From positions 101,620,001 to 101,684,000 of the forward strand of contig NC_045697.1 of the NCBI RefSeq assembly GCF_009834535.1: a DNA stretch of 64,000 nucleotides, read 5' to 3'. This DNA is from Camelus ferus. Lineage: Eukaryota. Shown one piece after another: positions 42,704-56,099 of this stretch (positions are counted from its first letter, which is position 1; the number at the start of each line of letters is the position of its first letter). Under the pieces are notes generated by a model that saw nothing but the letters and a program-made list of their open reading frames with translations, searched no databases and was not told the origin of the DNA. The position numbers were made by a program, and so were the translations under genes.

Positions 42704-42835
42704 GGAGGAGGGTATAGCTCAAGTGGTAGAACACATGCTTAGCATACACATGGTCCTGGGTTCAATCCCTAGTATCTCCTCTAAAAATAAGTAAATAAGT
42801 AACCCTAACTTCTCCCCCCAAAAAAATTTTTTTTA
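42704..42835 (+). mobile_element. tRNA-derived SINE (camelid vic-1-like)
   Basis: gagggtatagctcaagtggtagaac...gggttcaatccc; A-rich tail; TSD aaaaagagg(g/t)aaat. Confidence 0.88.
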
Positions 42836-45745
42836 AAAAAAGAGGTAAATAGAGGGGAGAGGAAAAGGGCATCAGTCCTTTAAATCCTCTGGAAGTCACT
42901 TTAGCTGAAGGGGGTGTAGCTTACAACAATGGGAAGAGGTGTAACAACAATGACGACCCACCTCTTTTTCTGCACTTCTGCAATCAGACCTCAATATTTA
43001 AAGGACACAGTCTTTTATCAACCCACTTTGGCTCCCACAAGCTATGTGCAAGGTTCTCCAGGAACGTGTACACCACTGCCTGCCATATGGCTGGGGGTGG
43101 GGAACAGGTAGTTGTTAACATGCTAAGAGCTTGAATTGACCAAAATTAACCACAATTTACCATCCAATATTTCCCCTGGAAATTGCAATGCTTCAATAGA
43201 CTCCAGAGTTCCAAAATAGTTACATCAGACAAATTCTGCCAGGGCAATTTTTGTCTAGTTGGAAGGACAGATTCTTGGTACTTCCTACTTTAGTATCTTC
43301 CCAGAATCCTCTATAGTGTTTTCATTATATAATATTTAATACTTTTATAGATTTTTCCCCACAAAAATGACTCAAATATATAAATTATATTAAAAACCTA
43401 ACATTTATGTATTTCATTTAAATTGTATTACTATATATCTTTTGTACATTTATTTCTCTAAGTCTTGGAAGTACACATTTAGGTACAAATAACTATCTTG
43501 TTCTATATAATGATGCTGTTTTCATATATCAACAGATGGCCCTTGGTAATAATGCTTTGTTGATTGTGTTAATGATATATTTTAATCATAACAGTTCCAT
43601 TAAACAAACATAATCCCATGAGACAGATACTTTTGCCATGTAATAAAAACATAGTTATTTGGCTATTTCATTGTGGCACAGTGGTATTTTAAAGTGATGT
43701 GAGCAATTTAAGGGTTTTTTTTAAAAAACTGGTTTTCAAAAGGTTATATTGCTTTTCTCTCTAGATTTGGTAGGGTAGGGTTGGCCTTGATTAGTTCCTG
43801 GGACAGCCAAGTATTTCAGTAGATGTAAAGCTGAAAAATAGTCACTGAAATAATGAGAGTGATTTTCTGGGTAGAAAATTATAAAACAGAAAGATACAAA
43901 AGGAGGTACCCAAGAGGAGGTATTTCTCCCAACAAGAATAATGATACCCAGTTTTTTCCCGGTAAATGTTATCAATAGTTGTAAAATCTGAATAAAAGGT
44001 GAATATAGGAAAATAATTTTGATGTTCAGTTACTAAAATTAGATTATACTTGTGGTCATTATAAATAATAAATAAAACCTTATTGTAATAATTTAAAAGT
44101 GTATATGCCAAAGTGAACCATATGGTTAAGGCTAGTTTCACTGGTAATTCTCACTGATGCTCACTAAGGCAAGACTTCTGAGCTGAGAGTCAAATGAACA
44201 TCCTTTTACATATAATTTAAATAGTATAGGACATCTTTTTTAAAAAAAGTGTTATTAAAATACTGTGAGTTACTAATGGGCAAATAGATGAGATGACTGA
44301 GGAAAGTAACATATCTATCTTTTGAGAGAAAGCAATTGATGGATGATATACAGATATAATTGATGAAGCAAAATATCACAAAGAAGTGAGAAAGGATGGA
44401 CGGTATGAGCATCAAAATTAAAAAGGAGAAAGATATTTTATGCTCTGAGATTAGAAGGAAGATGGGAAATATGTGCTAAAATACAAAAAAAAATTTTTCC
44501 ATTGAAGAGGGAAATTAAGGGAGTTGATGTGATAGTCCTCAATCTTTCCAGTGGAGTTAGAATGAAAGACACTACCAAAAAAGGCATGGATAGGAAGCTT
44601 GGGTTCTTGGGGGATATGAAATATTTAGAGATGAATAGAAAACTTGCTTAACAGCAATGAGGGCGCCACTGAGGGTGGATAACAAGATTTAGTAGTATTA
44701 TCAATCAGTCTGGTTTCCTGACTTACTCTTAATAATATTTTAGCAATGGGGGAACTGGAGTAGGAGAACTGAATTATAGGGTTGACTCAGCATTTGAATC
44801 CAACTATAAAAATTTAATTGAATTAAGTAATATCTGTGGCCTGTGACTACTGATTAGTTGAAATTCTTTCCTTTCTGTAAGAAAGATCTTTTATTAATTT
44901 TATAAAAATCTATATAGAGTTAAAGCTACTGTGGTACACATCACTGGTAAGAAACCTTGGAGTAGAAGAGATGAATCATTTAAATAACTAGAATTTGCAT
45001 CTGCTATAAGCTAAACTAGATAGATTGGTTAATTTATCCTTGTGATCCATCACTGCCAAATGATTTAACCAGAATCATAATATGGGATCTAATTATGAGA
45101 TACATTAAGACAGAAACAATTTTGGTTAGATAAATACAGTAGCACTAACTTTACCCTATAAATGCCATTAAAAGGGAACAGGCTTTCTTTAGCTTTGGGA
45201 CACTATACTTGTGGATTACATTCAAAGTCATTAAAAGTTAAGAAAAAAAATGCCTTGTTATCTTTTCATTTCAAACAAACCAATAAAGAGCCAAAAAACA
45301 ATTTCTAGCTTTCCCAGCAATCCAACCCTCTCTTTTCATGGGCCTCTTTGTAATAATAGAAACTCTGTAAATAGTATTTACATCTAAATTATGAAGAATA
45401 AAAAATATATTCCATAATCTTTTAGCTGTTTTCTTCAATGCTTTTATTAGACATTCTCTTCTCAATAAACTTACTACAACTCCTCAGTTTTCTGAACTTT
45501 CTAATATCCAGATATGGACAGTTGAGAAGGTATGTACCCTCCATTCTCTTCATCCCCTAAAGACTTTCACTATAATTACAAATGACAGTCTAAACTACAA
45601 ACTTTACCTTTTCAGATAGAAAGAAAAATAAATAAATAAGGAAGGAAGGAAAATACGAAGAGAAGGAAGGAGGGGCCTGGTTTGAAGTGTCAAATGATAT
45701 GAACCATAGTTCAATAAAATCCTACAATGCTGTTTTCTCTCAGCC

Positions 45746-46203
45746 TGTTAAAAAAACAAAAATTCAGCCAAAGAAATCTGAAGATCTAATTGGCTTTATC
45801 AGGCAAGTCATGAATCAGGTGGCAACCCATCTAGCAACTAGAAGGGCTCTTAGAAGGGTTATACAAAATGAAGTTTTTATAGGAAGAAGGGTGGGGCAAG
45901 GGAGCTATTAGCAAAAGAAAGAAAAGGATTATTTTTGGGACATGATGACCTCTTTCGTGGGGGGAAGGGAACTGCAAGGGATTTATCATGCAGATTGCCT
46001 CTTCTTCCTCTGAGGCTTGGAGAAGACCCAAGTGGCAGATTACCTCGTTGGTGCTGACCAGAAAATTCCAGACTGGTTGATTAAGGTTACATTTCTGGTG
46101 AAAGGCTGAAACTGCAATTAGGTTAGATATTAAATCTAGGTTTGGTGTCATGGACTTTAACACAAGTGATGCCATTTTAAACCTGTGATTTTTCTCTTTA
46201 ACG
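45746..46203 (-). mobile_element. Solo ERV1-like LTR
   Basis: tgttaaa...tttaac terminal inverted repeat; TATAAAAA on the minus strand at about 45874-45881. Confidence 0.65.
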
Positions 46204-49200
46204 CCACCAACTGATCATAAAGGGGTGAGAAGTATTTTTGTGTGCCATCATATATAAAACAGTTGATGTACACTAGATAATTTAATCCATAGAACATCCA
46301 TGGCAATAAAGGTGATGTCCTCATTTTGCAGATGGGGAAGCTGAGGTCTGTGTGTGTAACATACCCAAGGTCATAACATAAAAGACGGGTATAGTCAACC
46401 TACTTAGGTCTGTTTTGAAAAACAGTAATATTCCTTCTTCACTAATTCGCAACTGAAAATAAAAAGTATGCAACATATCAAAAAACAAAGAATTTTTGAC
46501 CTGCTTTGTGATCCAATGCTTTGGTTCTTTGTTTGCCAACACAACAGTCTACTTTTTAGAGCTAAAAGGGACACTTCAAATAAACACTCTGGATTGCTCT
46601 TCACATGAAGGTGCTTTAAGCACCATCTTGCTAAAACACAAATAATGAAAGCTGACTTAAGCACCATCTTGCTAAAATACAAATAATTTCTCCTACATTG
46701 AAGCCTATAACAGACTATCACATCTTGTTTCATCTAAGAAATAAAGATCCCTGGTAATACATCTTTGAGAAAGACTATGTACAAAGCCTCAGAAGGAAGG
46801 TAAAAAAAAAAAAAACATTATTTGAAACATTTAATAACCTACATGTTGGCAATGTCCACATCATCTTAAGAAAACCCTTCAATAGATATATCTATAGATA
46901 TAGAAAAGGGAGCTAACATGCATAATCCCTAAAGATTTACAATACCACTAAGAACTTATTTCCTGTCAAATCTTCCTTTAAAAATATTGATATATGCCAA
47001 ATGAGCATATCCCCAAAACGATTCTTATTAAAACCAAGATTCATGATATAATAATTATTGAGTGCTAAGTACTGGGAGATACTGTACTGGGTGCTAAGTA
47101 AGGAACAGGAAGAAAGATAAGCATGATCCCTGTCCTCAGAGAACTTACCTCCTAGGGTAGAAGAAAGAGATTCAAAAATTACGGAAAAAAATAATTATCA
47201 TTGTGATACGTGCTAGAGAGGAATACACAGTGCTCTGAGGATATTTTGTAGAATACTTGATCTATTTTGTGAAGTTAGGTAAGACTTCCTCTAAGATGGG
47301 ATATTTAAATTGAGATCTGAAAGAATGAGTTAATGATACTTGAGAAAAGGGACCATTTCAGGGTCCCTTTCTATGATTAAACATGCCCACATCCATACAC
47401 ACATTCACACACACATATAGCTAGCACAATATTAAAGAGCTGATCTAAATAACTACGGAGGTTTTCTGCAACCAGAAATAATTATTTTATTTCTATAAAA
47501 CATTCCAAAACTAATAAGATAATTTCCAGAAAACTTTTAAGAAAGGAAACACAACTTAAGCCAAGCATTGGGCTCTGTACCTTGCATATTTCATTTTATT
47601 TACCCTTACAGCAAAACTCTAAGGTAGCTGTTTGCAGACCCTGGTTTTATTTTCTCTGTAATTTGCCATGCCGCAGTGTGTCTTGCACACTAATTGTCAT
47701 CGCAGAAACTTAAAAAAGAACTTAAACAGTAAACGATAACACTCTCAGTCCTGCTTTCCACCTAAATCTTCAAAACCTATGCGCAAATACCGCATGATTT
47801 TCCATTCCAGTACTTTCCTCATTTAGCAAACTTGAGTTTTTGGACTATGTGAACACCCTGATCACAAAACAAGTGAAACTGTAACCAGGCCATAGTCATC
47901 TGCTTTCTTGCTGTCCACCTCATTCCTACTCACATCATCCTGTGATTACACAGCCCTCTCTGAGACCATCAAAGCCTTGGTTGCCCCTGACCAGAAATTT
48001 TTTCACCTCTCAAAATTCAAAAGTAGCCATGATAGTTCTGAGTTCCTGTTATAAGTAAGTGAAGAAGAGACACACAGATCTAGACTTAGGGAGAAGATGA
48101 GTGAGTTGATGAAACCAAGAATTAGACCAAAATTAATATTCCCACCCACTGTTTTCTCCTGTATCACATGTTGATTATTTTAGTCAGAATAGGGAGAACT
48201 GTTTTAATTTTTTATGTGCCTATAAATATTTATGTCTTATGTCCATTTTTTAATTTAGAGTTCCTCTACCATTTCTTTTTTTTTTGAATTCACGTTCAGC
48301 CAATTATGACTGCCTTGAACTTTTGGAATTTTTTTAAAAATCAAATTTCAAGTTTGAAATTTTGTTTGACTGTAAAAATAGATAAAATGTCTATAAATCA
48401 ATAAGATGCTACTGCTATTCAAACTTTTCTCAGGAAAGAAGGCAGAACTTACTGCCTAGCTTTTGAGAAGGATCCTCTTATGGTAATGAAAATCTTTGAG
48501 ACAGCAGCTATAATTGCTGTATGATGTAAATTGAAGGTAATGAATAATACACCTTGATTATCTCCAAGGTCTTCAGATTCGTTCATAACCCTGCGCCCTT
48601 TACAAGGCAGACATTTTGCCAAAATGTATTTCACTCATGAGTAATCTAAGCCCAGCCTTGTCCTTGAATAGGCACTGAGGCTGCACATTTGTTTCATTAC
48701 AGTCTCCATTCTGAACTTAAAGCTTTCATCAAAGACTTTCATCAAGATGACTCGCATTATCCCCTTTATGCCTGTTGATTTTAGTTGCCACAAAAAGCCA
48801 AAGTCAACTCTCATCTTCAGGATTCTAATTCCTATAAGGCTCGGAACATCTCCTTTTCTGACCCATTCCTCATCCCTGTCTGACACCTGATGTCTTTCCA
48901 CTGGACCCTCTGAGACTCAGTCATTAGCAAATTCGCCTTCTCTAAATATTTCTTTCACTTCTTGCTTTAAAACCTGATCAACTCTGCAGCCCTCTTCTCT
49001 ACAGTCCAAACTCCCAAATTCTACCACTACTAGGCCTGGAGTTAGAGAAGACAACTTTTCTGCTCCTTGGTGCTCCTTCCAGACCACTCTTCCTCCCTCC
49101 TCCATTAACAGGCCCATTTAAATTTTATGACATCAAAAGACAGGACCAACTCCCTTTCCCTGCTGCAGCACCCAAACAATCCCCAGGCCACTCTGCCTCC

Positions 49201-49420
49201 ACCCCACTCCTCAGAGACTTTAGTTCCTAACTCCCTGACACTGTCTCAAACCCTATTCCTATCATAACTGTCAGCTGACTTCAATGTCCACACAGATGAT
49301 CTATTCAATACACTGTCACTCAGTGCCTTGACCTCCTCTCCTCCAATGATTCTATCCTCCACACTACTCCAGCTACTTACTTGAATAGCAATACCTCAAT
49401 CCTGTCTTTCCCAGTAACTA

Positions 49421-49949
49421 CAGTTGGCCCTCCTTATCTATGAGTTCTGTATCCTCTAATACAATGAATCATGGATCGAAAATATTCCAAAAATAATTCC
49501 GTAAAATTTCATAAAGAAAAGCTTGAATTTGCTGCACACTGGCAACAATTTACATAGCATCTACAGCTGACCCTTGAACAACATGGATCTGAATTGTGCA
49601 GGTCCACTTACATGTGGGTTTTTTTCCACTAAATACTACAGTATGACACAATCCCTCATTGGTTGGACCTGTGGATGTGAAACTAAGAATACAGAGCGCT
49701 GAGTGTAAAGTTATACATGGATTTTCCACCACACAAAGGGTCAATGCCCCTAACCCCCATGATGTTCAAGGGTCAACTGTACATTTTATTAGGTGTTATA
49801 ATTAATCTGGAGACAAGGTATATAGGAGGATATGTGTAGGACATATGCAAATCCTATGTTATTTTATACAGGGGACTTGAACATCCATAGATTTTGGTAC
49901 CCATGGGGCGTCTTGAAACCAATCTTCTGCAGATACTAAAGGATGACTG
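49421..49949. mobile_element. Tigger MITE (MER2-like)
   Basis: TA|CAGTTGGCCCTCC...GGATGACTG|TA termini with TA TSD. Confidence 0.85.
49564..49779. mobile_element. Tigger2a-like MITE nested in the MER2-like element
   Basis: 23-bp TIRs cagctgacccttgaacaacatgg / ccatgatgttcaagggtcaactg (21/23 match), TA TSD. Confidence 0.88.
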
Positions 49950-51189
49950 TATTGCCTCTCAGCCTTCTTAATTTGAGGCATCTCACTTTCTGACCACTAT
50001 CTCCTATTTTTCCAGCTCACCACCTCTACTTGGAACCTGGAAATTTCCAACAATCCTCTGACCCCACCAGAACCTACAATTCATTGATCCTAACATCTTT
50101 TTCATGCCTCTCACCCCCACATCGTAACTTCTATCCTTACCCAGCTTAACTGCATGGTCAGTCATAACCACCCCTTTGCATACACTCAACTCTCCTGCCC
50201 TTCTCTTAACTCCTGCGCTTGGCTAAACCACAACCCTGGTCATGTCCAACTCTGCCTATTCCATACTTGCACTTGTGCATGTAAGCATGGAGGAAACAAA
50301 CAAATTGACTGATCTCATTTACATTCATGATCTCCAACTTCAGTGGGCCCTTAATGCTGCCTGGAATCATCCTATATTTCCAGTCTCCTGAACAACTGTT
50401 ACATAGCTTCATCTCTCTCTTAAGATCTACAGCTCTTCTTCCAGTCTCACTTTTAACTGATGACCTTGCTTTCTATGTTACTGAATAAAACAGAAGCAAT
50501 CAGATGTGAACTTATGTAAACTCCCACAACCACATTCACCCACCTACCTGCAGCTGCTGTCTCTCCTGTTACTGAGTGAACTTGTTCATGCTCCTAGCAA
50601 AGGGCAACCCCTCCATTTGTGTACTAGGTCTTTTCTCATCTACTCAAGGGCATTGGCTCAGAAATTCTTCCTTCTCTCTCAGGTATCAATAATTTCCCCT
50701 TTTCCTAGATTTGTTTCCATTCACCAACAAACATGCTTTAAAAAAAAAAAAAACTTTTGCTTGATCCTGCGTCACATTAGAGATATCACCCCATAATTTC
50801 CCCTTCTTGTTGGCAAATCTCCTTGAAAGAGTTGTTTATTCTTGCTGTCATCAATTTATTTCCCATTTTCTCGAGTCAACTATAGGATTTAACATTCACC
50901 ATATCACTCTATCCAACCACTTATCTTTATGTTGTTAAAACCAGTACTCAGTTTTCAATCCGCATCTTATTAGACCATTTAACAATATATAATGTATTTA
51001 ATTGTTTTCTTCATGTGGCTTCCAAGATACCACACTCTCTTGGTTTTCCTCCTACCACACTAGTAGCTTCTTCATAGCTCCTTTTGTTGTTTCCTCCTAG
51101 TTTTCCAAATATCTTAATGTTGGAGTTCCCAACTTACAGCTATTTCTCTTCTCCTATCAACATTAATTCCCTCAGTGATATCAGTCACC

Positions 51190-54100
51190 CTGCAATGGGC
51201 AAATTAGAAATGCCAGACCTGCCTTGGTTAATGTAGAGGAAAGGTTTCACAGGCTTAGTGAGATTGAAAAGGTACAGTGAATTTGTCATTTAGGACCTAC
51301 TTTATCCGTACTGGGAAGGTCCAGAAAACATACCTTTCACCACTACTGGGGGAAATAAATTTATGAGGGTAGCCCCTACATCTCTGAAGAATGCTGTGAT
51401 CACTCTTCTCTACAGACCTTACAGCGGGGACTACAGTCACTAAATTGAAAAACCTAAATGCAATGGGAGTAACTGATCTCCAGGTGGCAGGAGTCAAAGT
51501 GGTAGCCCTTAACTGCTAAAGGCAAGGGGAGTACGGTTACCATAATGGACAGCAGAAAAGCAGCAATCAGAATAGTCTGACTTAGACAGAGAAAGACAAA
51601 TATCATATGATATCACAATATCATATGATATCACTTATATGTGAATCTAAAAAAAGATGCAAACCAGAAATAGACTCACAGACATAGAAAACAAACTATG
51701 GTTACCAAATGAGAAAGGCTGGGAGAAGGATAAATTAGGAGTTCAGGATTAACAGATACACACTACTATATATAAAACAAATAAACAACAAGGACCTACT
51801 ACATAGCACAGGGAACTATATTCAATTTCTTGTAATAAGCTATTATGGAAAAGAATCTGAAAATATTTGTGTATATATGTATGTATGTATAACTGAATTA
51901 TTGACTGAATTAACTGAATTGCTTTGCTGTATACCTGAAACTAACATTGTAAATCAACTATGCTTCAATAAAAAAAAAAAATTAAAGGGGGAAAAAAAAG
52001 AATAGTCTGACTTGCATAGACCTGGCTAACTGATCATGGTGTTGCTAGAAATGAAATGATCTATACAAACAGAAAAGTCCTAGGTTAAGTGAACAAAAGT
52101 CTAACCTGAATCATAAAAAAAAAAGTCATGGCACCTCATTCAGTTCCCAGACTAGAGCCAGCTGATAGACCCAGAATCATCTGAATGAACTGCCAAAAAT
52201 TTATACTGTTAATTTTTCTCCCAGCCTTCCCCAAAGTGACCTACAACCTTTTGCAAAGGTAACTGTGATTGGGTAAAAGGAAATAATCAGAGCTTTGAGG
52301 GACTATTGGACCCTAACTCAGAACTGACACTAATCCCAGGAGATCCAAAACATCACTGTGATCTACCAGTCAGAGTAGGAACTTACGGAGGTCAAGTAAT
52401 CAATGGAATTTTAGCTAAAGTCTGTCTCATAGTGAATGGGCCCAGTGGGCCCCCTAACCCACTCTGTGGTTATTTCCCCAATTCCAGAATTAATTATTGG
52501 AACAAATATACTCAACAACTAGCAGAATCTCCACACTGATTCCCTGACCTGTGGAGTGAGGGCTATTCAAGTGAGAAAGACCAAGTGGAATCCAGTAGAA
52601 CTGCCTCCACCTAGGAAAACAGGAAGCCAAAAGCAATACCATATTTCTGGAAAGACTGCAGAGATTAGTGCCATAATCAAGGACCTGAAAGATGCAGGAG
52701 CAGTGATTCCCACCGCATCCCTATTCAACTCACCTATCTAAACTGTGCAGAAGACAGGTGGATCTTAGAGAATGACAGTGGGTTATTATGAGTTTAACCA
52801 GGTGGAGATTTCAATTGCAGTTGCTCTACCAGAGGTGGTTTCATTGCTTAAGCAAATTAACACATCCCCTGGTACCTGGTACACAGCTAATGCTCTGGCA
52901 AATGTTTTGTTTTGTTTTGTTTTCCTTTATACCTATTAGTAAAGACCACTAGAAGCAGTTTGTTTACAGTTAGCAAGGCCAGCAGCAATACACCTTGACT
53001 CCCCTGCTTCAGGGGACTAGTTAAGTCTCCAGTCCTAAGTTAGGGGTCATAATTTAATTCACAGGTATCTTGACTGCCTTTCTCTTCCACAAGATCTCAC
53101 ACTGCTCCATTACATTGATAACATTACGCTGAGTGGACCTGGTGAGCAAAAGATGGACCTAGAGGAGGAACTACTCTAGACTTAATAGTAAGACATTTGC
53201 ATGCCAGAGTGAGGAATTCTCTCTACAATCAGTAGACAGAGGAAGAGAAGATTGTAGCCTGGTATACAGATGATTTTGGACAATATGCAAGCTCTGCCCA
53301 AAAGTGGATGGCTACAGCACTACAGCCCCTCATTCTGGGACATTCCTGAAGGACAAAGGTAAAGGAAATCCTCCCAATGGGCAGACTTCGAGCAGTGAAC
53401 CTGCTTGGTTCTTGGTCTGTAGCCAATCAGTTTTTCCCCAGCCACCCAGGTCATTCATTACCCAGTGGACTCATGGGCAAAGTGGCCATGATAACAGGGA
53501 TGGAGAGTTTGCATGAGCTCAACAACATGGATTTCCACTCACCAAGTTCAACCCGGCTTGGCCCCTGCTGGGTGCCAAACTGCCAACAACAGAGAACAAC
53601 ACTGAGTCCCTGATGTGGCACCATTCCACGGGTGGTAACCAGCCACATGGTGACAGGTTGATTAAAATGGGTTGCTTCCATCATGGAAGGGGAAATGTTT
53701 TATTCTTACTTGAATACACATTGACTGTATATAAATTTGCCTTCCCTGCACACAATACCTCCGCCAAAACTACCATGCATAGTTACAGAATACCTTATTC
53801 ACCAACACAGTATTCTACACAGCTACTGCTTCTGATCAAGGAATTCACTTCACAGCAAATGAGGTAACAGACCCACACTCATGGAATTCACTTGGTCTTA
53901 TCATGTTTCCCACCATCCTGAAGCAGATGGCTTGACAGAATGGTGGAATAGGTTTTTGAAGTTTCAATTAAAGTGACAACTAAGTGACGAGAACTTGAAG
54001 GACTGGAGCAAAGTTCTCCAGAATGCTATATATGAGCATCCAATATATGCTGCTGCCTCTCTCATACCCAGAATTCACAGGTCCAGAAACCAAGGGGTAG

Positions 54101-54906
54101 AAATGGGAGTGGCACCACTCACTATTTCTGTTAGTGACCTATTAGCAAAACGTTTGCTCCCTGTTCCTCTGACATTATGCCCTGCTGGCTTAGGTCTTAG
54201 TTCCAAAGGGAAGAATGCTTCCACCAGGAAACAAACCAATGAGTTCACTGAACTGGGAGTTAAGAATGCCATCAGGCCACTTTGGACTCCTCATATCTAT
54301 GGTCAAATATACAAAGAAGGGAGTTACTGTGCTGGCTGAAGTGATTGATCCTAACTATCATGGGGAAATTGAACTGCAACTCTACAATGAAAGTAAGGAA
54401 GGTATCCTGTCTGGAATACCAGAGTTTCCTTAGGGCATCTCTTAGTATTACCACGTTCTGTGATTAAAGTCAATTGAAATTGACAACAATCCAACCCAGG
54501 CAGGACTACTAGTGGCCCAGACTCTTAAGGAATGAAGGTTTGGGTCACTCCATCAGGCAAAGAACCACAACCAGCTGAAGTATTTGCTGAAGGCAAAGGG
54601 AATGCAGAATAGATAGTGGGAAAAGGTTGTTATAAATACCAACTATAACCACATGACCAGTTTCAGAAGCTGGACTGTAACTGTCAAAAACATTTCCTCC
54701 TTATTTCCTTATGAATTTTTGTGTAATATATTTGCTTATTATATACAACAAAAATACATGCTTATATACTGATACATATATATATATATAACAAATATTT
54801 TGTTTTCTTTCCTCTCTTGTTCCTTTATCATATAACATACGATGTAACTTATAGTGTTTAAGTATTGTTAATTTTACATCTTAGTATTTAAGTTACAGGA
54901 TATCAG
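51190..54906 (+). mobile_element. ERVL internal region (gag-pro-pol-dUTPase), pseudogenised, no LTRs seen
   Basis: Protease LDPNSELTLIPGDP, RT IKDLKDAGAVIPTASLFNSPI and HYIDN (YIDD-like), RNase H AWYTD, dUTPase LRMPSGHFGLL...GVTVLAEVIDPNYHGEI; many stops and frameshifts. Confidence 0.92.
51584..51998 (+). mobile_element. 5'-truncated cetartiodactyl-type L1 inserted in ERVL gag
   Basis: Perfect 15-bp TSD agaatagtctgactt (51569-51583 and 51999-52013), polyA tail, agcacagggaactatattcaa 3' UTR motif. Confidence 0.92.
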
Positions 54907-55604
54907 CACATTCACAAGCCTACCATTCATTCCTCTTAATGCTTTACTTTCTACATTATTTTTGTCTTCCAGTGTGGCAACATTACCAGCAAAGTCATAC
55001 TTTCTCTGTAGTTTTACCTTCTATCTATTGGAAAAGGAAAAGTTCCAAAGCTATTCGTGTTCTGCCATGACTGTCTTTTAGATCCATCAGTTACCTCATT
55101 TCTCTTTCATCTTCAATCTCTTCCTACAAACTCAGTCTCAAGTTTCCTCTACCCAGCTCCTATCTTCTTTAAACTGCTATTATTTTTAAGATTACCCTAA
55201 TGGATGTGTTAAGTATATTGGTGTAGCCATTTTGGAAATTGATAAAAATCAAAATACTAGCAGAGTAAACAACTTACAACTTTGTTCATTTTTTCTATTG
55301 GACACATAACATGAGCCATTTCTTTAAAGTTTTGTCTGTATAGGCCACTAATGTCTGATTTCACAGTTATATTAGTCAAGCCTTGACGGGACTATAATTG
55401 GGTAGTGTTTTCCAATTTAAAGGCCTCTGATTAAAGCCTAAATTCTGTGAATCACTGGAAGTTAACTTGAAAGAGTACAAGCATGATGATTGCACCTGTT
55501 CTTCTTTATTGTAAAGCCATCTTCAGTGTCTGCATACACGCAAATAATTGTGAAAATTTCACCTGGTTTTCTATTCTCAAAGTACTCTTTAATATGACAC
55601 AGGC

Positions 55605-55660
55605 ATATATATATATATAGAGAGAGAGAGAGACATAGATATATATCTATATCTATGTAT
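55605..55660. repeat. Compound (AT)n(AG)n microsatellite
   Basis: atatatatatatatagagagagagagagac followed by atct-like repeats. Confidence 0.8.
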
Positions 55661-56099
55661 AATATTTCATTCTTTTTCACCTGTCATTTTCCTTACTCTC
55701 CTCCCATCTTTTGGGACAACTTAAAAGTTTCAATATGTCACATAATTTCACTAAAATGGTATTTGCTACAGGCTTCCTGAAACAAACTCCTACTGATACC
55801 AGTCGTCTCTAAAAGTATACCGCCGCCAGTACACTCCTTACTTTAATAACCACAACGTAGGAAAAAGGCACTCACATTTAGGAACCCTAGCTCATTTCTT
55901 GAAAAATGAGCCAAGACCTTAAACGATTTCTCTTCAATCCGAATTCTGAGTTCTTTTCCTTACTTTCTCCCTAAATGCTATTCTGCTCGCCTTTCCAAAA
56001 CATTCCCATTCACAAGTTTTACATAAATAAAACTTTCTCGGCCTTTCATAAGTACCCTGACTCGGACAGAACCGACAGAGATCGGAAGGTGGGAATCTA

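Larger units (their letters stand above)
37595..43312 (-). mobile_element. Composite antisense L1 block: old L1 3' end (37595-38145), L1MA-type ORF2/3' UTR (38146-40697), old L1 5'/ORF1 region (40700-43312)
   Basis: T-rich. Minus-strand ORF fragments [46 protein letters not shown] (L1 RT) and KRMKPDPHLTSLTKV. Confidence 0.92.
48700..51185 (+). mobile_element. Long L2 ORF2 remnant hosting nested Tigger MITEs
   Basis: tgacttcaatgtccacacagatgat, ttgacctcctctcctccaatgat, ctgatgaccttgctttcta, gcttccaagataccacactctcttggttttcctcctac. Confidence 0.85.

Noticed and set aside
42704..42780. tRNA-Ala-like sequence (also at 41500, 62660 and 63350)
   Set aside because: A-rich tails, TSDs and broken stems show these are SINEs, not tRNA genes.
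67..51497. Numerous 60-115 aa ORFs in the upstream region
   Set aside because: Chance ORFs or repeat-derived reads, often with non-ATG starts, and no recognisable cellular protein similarity or exon structure.
52306..54433. ERVL ORF fragments as a domesticated retroviral gene
   Set aside because: Multiple stops and frameshifts, altered catalytic motifs (DPN for DTG, YIDN for YIDD) and an internal deletion.
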